The notes under the pieces: model-generated
The model's database searches: none
The model's input: only the letters and a program-made list of their open reading frames with translations
What the model was told of the DNA's origin: nothing
Position numbers and translations under genes: made by a program
In this document: positions 41,537 to 64,000 of the stretch, one piece after another
How positions within the stretch are numbered: the first letter of the stretch is position 1
How the letters are laid out: the number at the start of each line of letters is the position of its first letter
From: Amoebidium appalachense
Lineage: Eukaryota; Protista; Ichthyosporea
DNA length: 64,000 bases
Assembly (NCBI GenBank): GCA_963693365.1
Contig: CAVNZM010000001.1
Span: 8,696,907 to 8,760,906, forward strand
Direction: 5' to 3'

Positions 41537-42563
41537 TTTGCTTGCTCCTTCCCCAAAGGAATGACTAAAACATGAACTCTTTTCTCTCCCTTTACCCACC
41601 CACACCTTCAGCTCAACTCCACTTGGAGTGAACTGGCCAGGCCAGGCCGACCGGCGGCCACGGGCCAGCCTGGAAAAAGCAATCAAATCGATTCGATAGA
41701 CTATCGGGTCAGCTGCCAGCTAGCGCTGCCCGGCTCAACGACCCGACATGGAAATTGTCGATTTCTCTAGTGCAGTGGCGTTGTAATTTTTGTTTTCATC
41801 GCCGCTGGGGACACTTTTGTGCTGAACCTTTTAATCGCAAGCATGTTGATAGATGTGAGTTTTTATGTCGCGTTTTACCTCTTACCCTACGGGTGTCTGC
41901 TACACTGGCTGGCAATGTGACCACACCACTTTAGACTTTTTGTTGAATTCTGTTGGTCGTCACATTGAGTATTTATATGATTTTCACACATGTTGTTCAG
42001 GTATCTCAGTATGCACTTGTTACTGGATAACTCGTGAAGCTTTTTATTGTCTTCTCAGTATGCCGTGCATACTTGCATATCTTTCCGTCGAATAAATCCA
42101 GTCAAAAGAAAAGATTTCTCTACATTTGATTTGATAACTCCTTACAATGGAGACAAAAAGTAGAAAAGATTGGCAATGAAAGATACGGGTCAGGGAGGTG
42201 CTGTGACCCGATAATGTCAGATTTTTGTGGCTCGAATCGCTTCTTGCTGGTCCGCTCAAATAATTTCACGTTTACCGCGAACGGCCACTAACCGCACAGA
42301 AAACACCAAGCATACATGTGCAACGGGGTCGCCAGCCTTGTGTAGGAAAACATCAGAAAATTTCTGAGCTTAGAAGGGAAGTGCTTAGGTGTTTAGAAGC
42401 TGCTGGTGTCAAGGGATAGCACAGGTGCTTTGTGTATGTGTGGATAGACGCCTGTTTATCGGCACAGACAACTATATACTTTCCCCATTTTGGAGCGTGA
42501 GACGAGTGGAAGGGAGTTGAAACAATACTGAGATTCTTGCCCTTGAAGGGGTAACTAACCAGG
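41537..42563. promoter_or_regulatory. Probable bidirectional promoter / 5' UTR region between divergent NDUFA12 and Aquarius
   Basis: Start codons are head-to-head about 1 kb apart and the region lacks microsatellites. A candidate UTR donor GTGAGT lies near 41855, and an ACTAAC-CAG acceptor sits just before the AQR ATG. Confidence 0.45.
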
Positions 42564-63474
<20,911 letters not shown>

Positions 63475-63945
63475 GTACATACGTGCTTCACCTTTGATTT
63501 ACCTTCCCGCTCTGTTGTTTCAATTTGTCGATCGCAACGTAGTCGTGACGTAATATTTCGTGACGTAATATTTTCACCATAGATAGCTGGCGTCTTCTGA
63601 AACGATCGATCTTTAAATGGTATCGTGACATGATCAGTGGCGTCATTGTCAGATCAGTGACATCATTTATGACGTCATGTCCGAGTTAACTTCGTCATAA
63701 TCAGAAAGGCCGACATAGCGATTAGTCCCCCTCCTCTCCCCCTCCCCCCCCCCCCCCCCCCCCCCCCCCCCTTCCCCCCTCCCTCCTTTCCCCACATTAC
63801 GTGTTCTCGATGGTGCATACGTGCATGCTCTGTTTTTCTTGATATTATGTGCCCTGGTCTTTGTTTTGGGTTATGCGCTTCCATGTACTTTTGCAAAACT
63901 CTCCATGGACCATAATTTGCCTCCCTCCCCCCCTCTCCCCGAACC

Positions 63946-64000
63946 CCCCTGATGATGGGCTCTGTTCAAGTGTCTTCTGCCTGCACACTTACATTGTTTA
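63946..64000 (+). mobile_element. Start of another copy of the diverged repeat subfamily
   Basis: cctgatgatgggctctgttcaagtgtcttctgcc is identical to 45652-45685. Confidence 0.75.

Overview
Intron-rich eukaryotic DNA. The organism is not identifiable from this window; a unicellular opisthokont is only a guess from the gene content. Introns are packed with poly-C/poly-G, (CA)n/(GT)n and (CT)n tracts, so most supplied ORFs are repeat artefacts. Reading GT-AG exon chains by hand gives: (1) the 5' part of a RanBP2-type zinc-finger gene (-); (2) a protein with two DysF domains (+); (3) a complete three-RRM Raver-like RNA-binding protein with a long G/P/Q/Y-rich tail (-); (4) an intronless, frameshifted BTB/POZ (KCTD-like) copy (+); (5) NDUFA12 (-); (6) the first 27 exons of the spliceosomal helicase Aquarius, with an RGG-rich N-terminal extension (+). 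Two patterns stand out. First, a dispersed poly(C)-tailed intronic repeat family (about 20 copies or fragments) is always sense to the host gene, and its 5' module shows compensatory base changes in a pseudoknotted fold (candidate ribozyme or structured-RNA retroelement). Second, branch-point/splice-site/exon-edge units are repeatedly duplicated in tandem, some ending in in-frame stops or differing almost only at synonymous sites. Exon coordinates were read by eye and may be off by a few bases.
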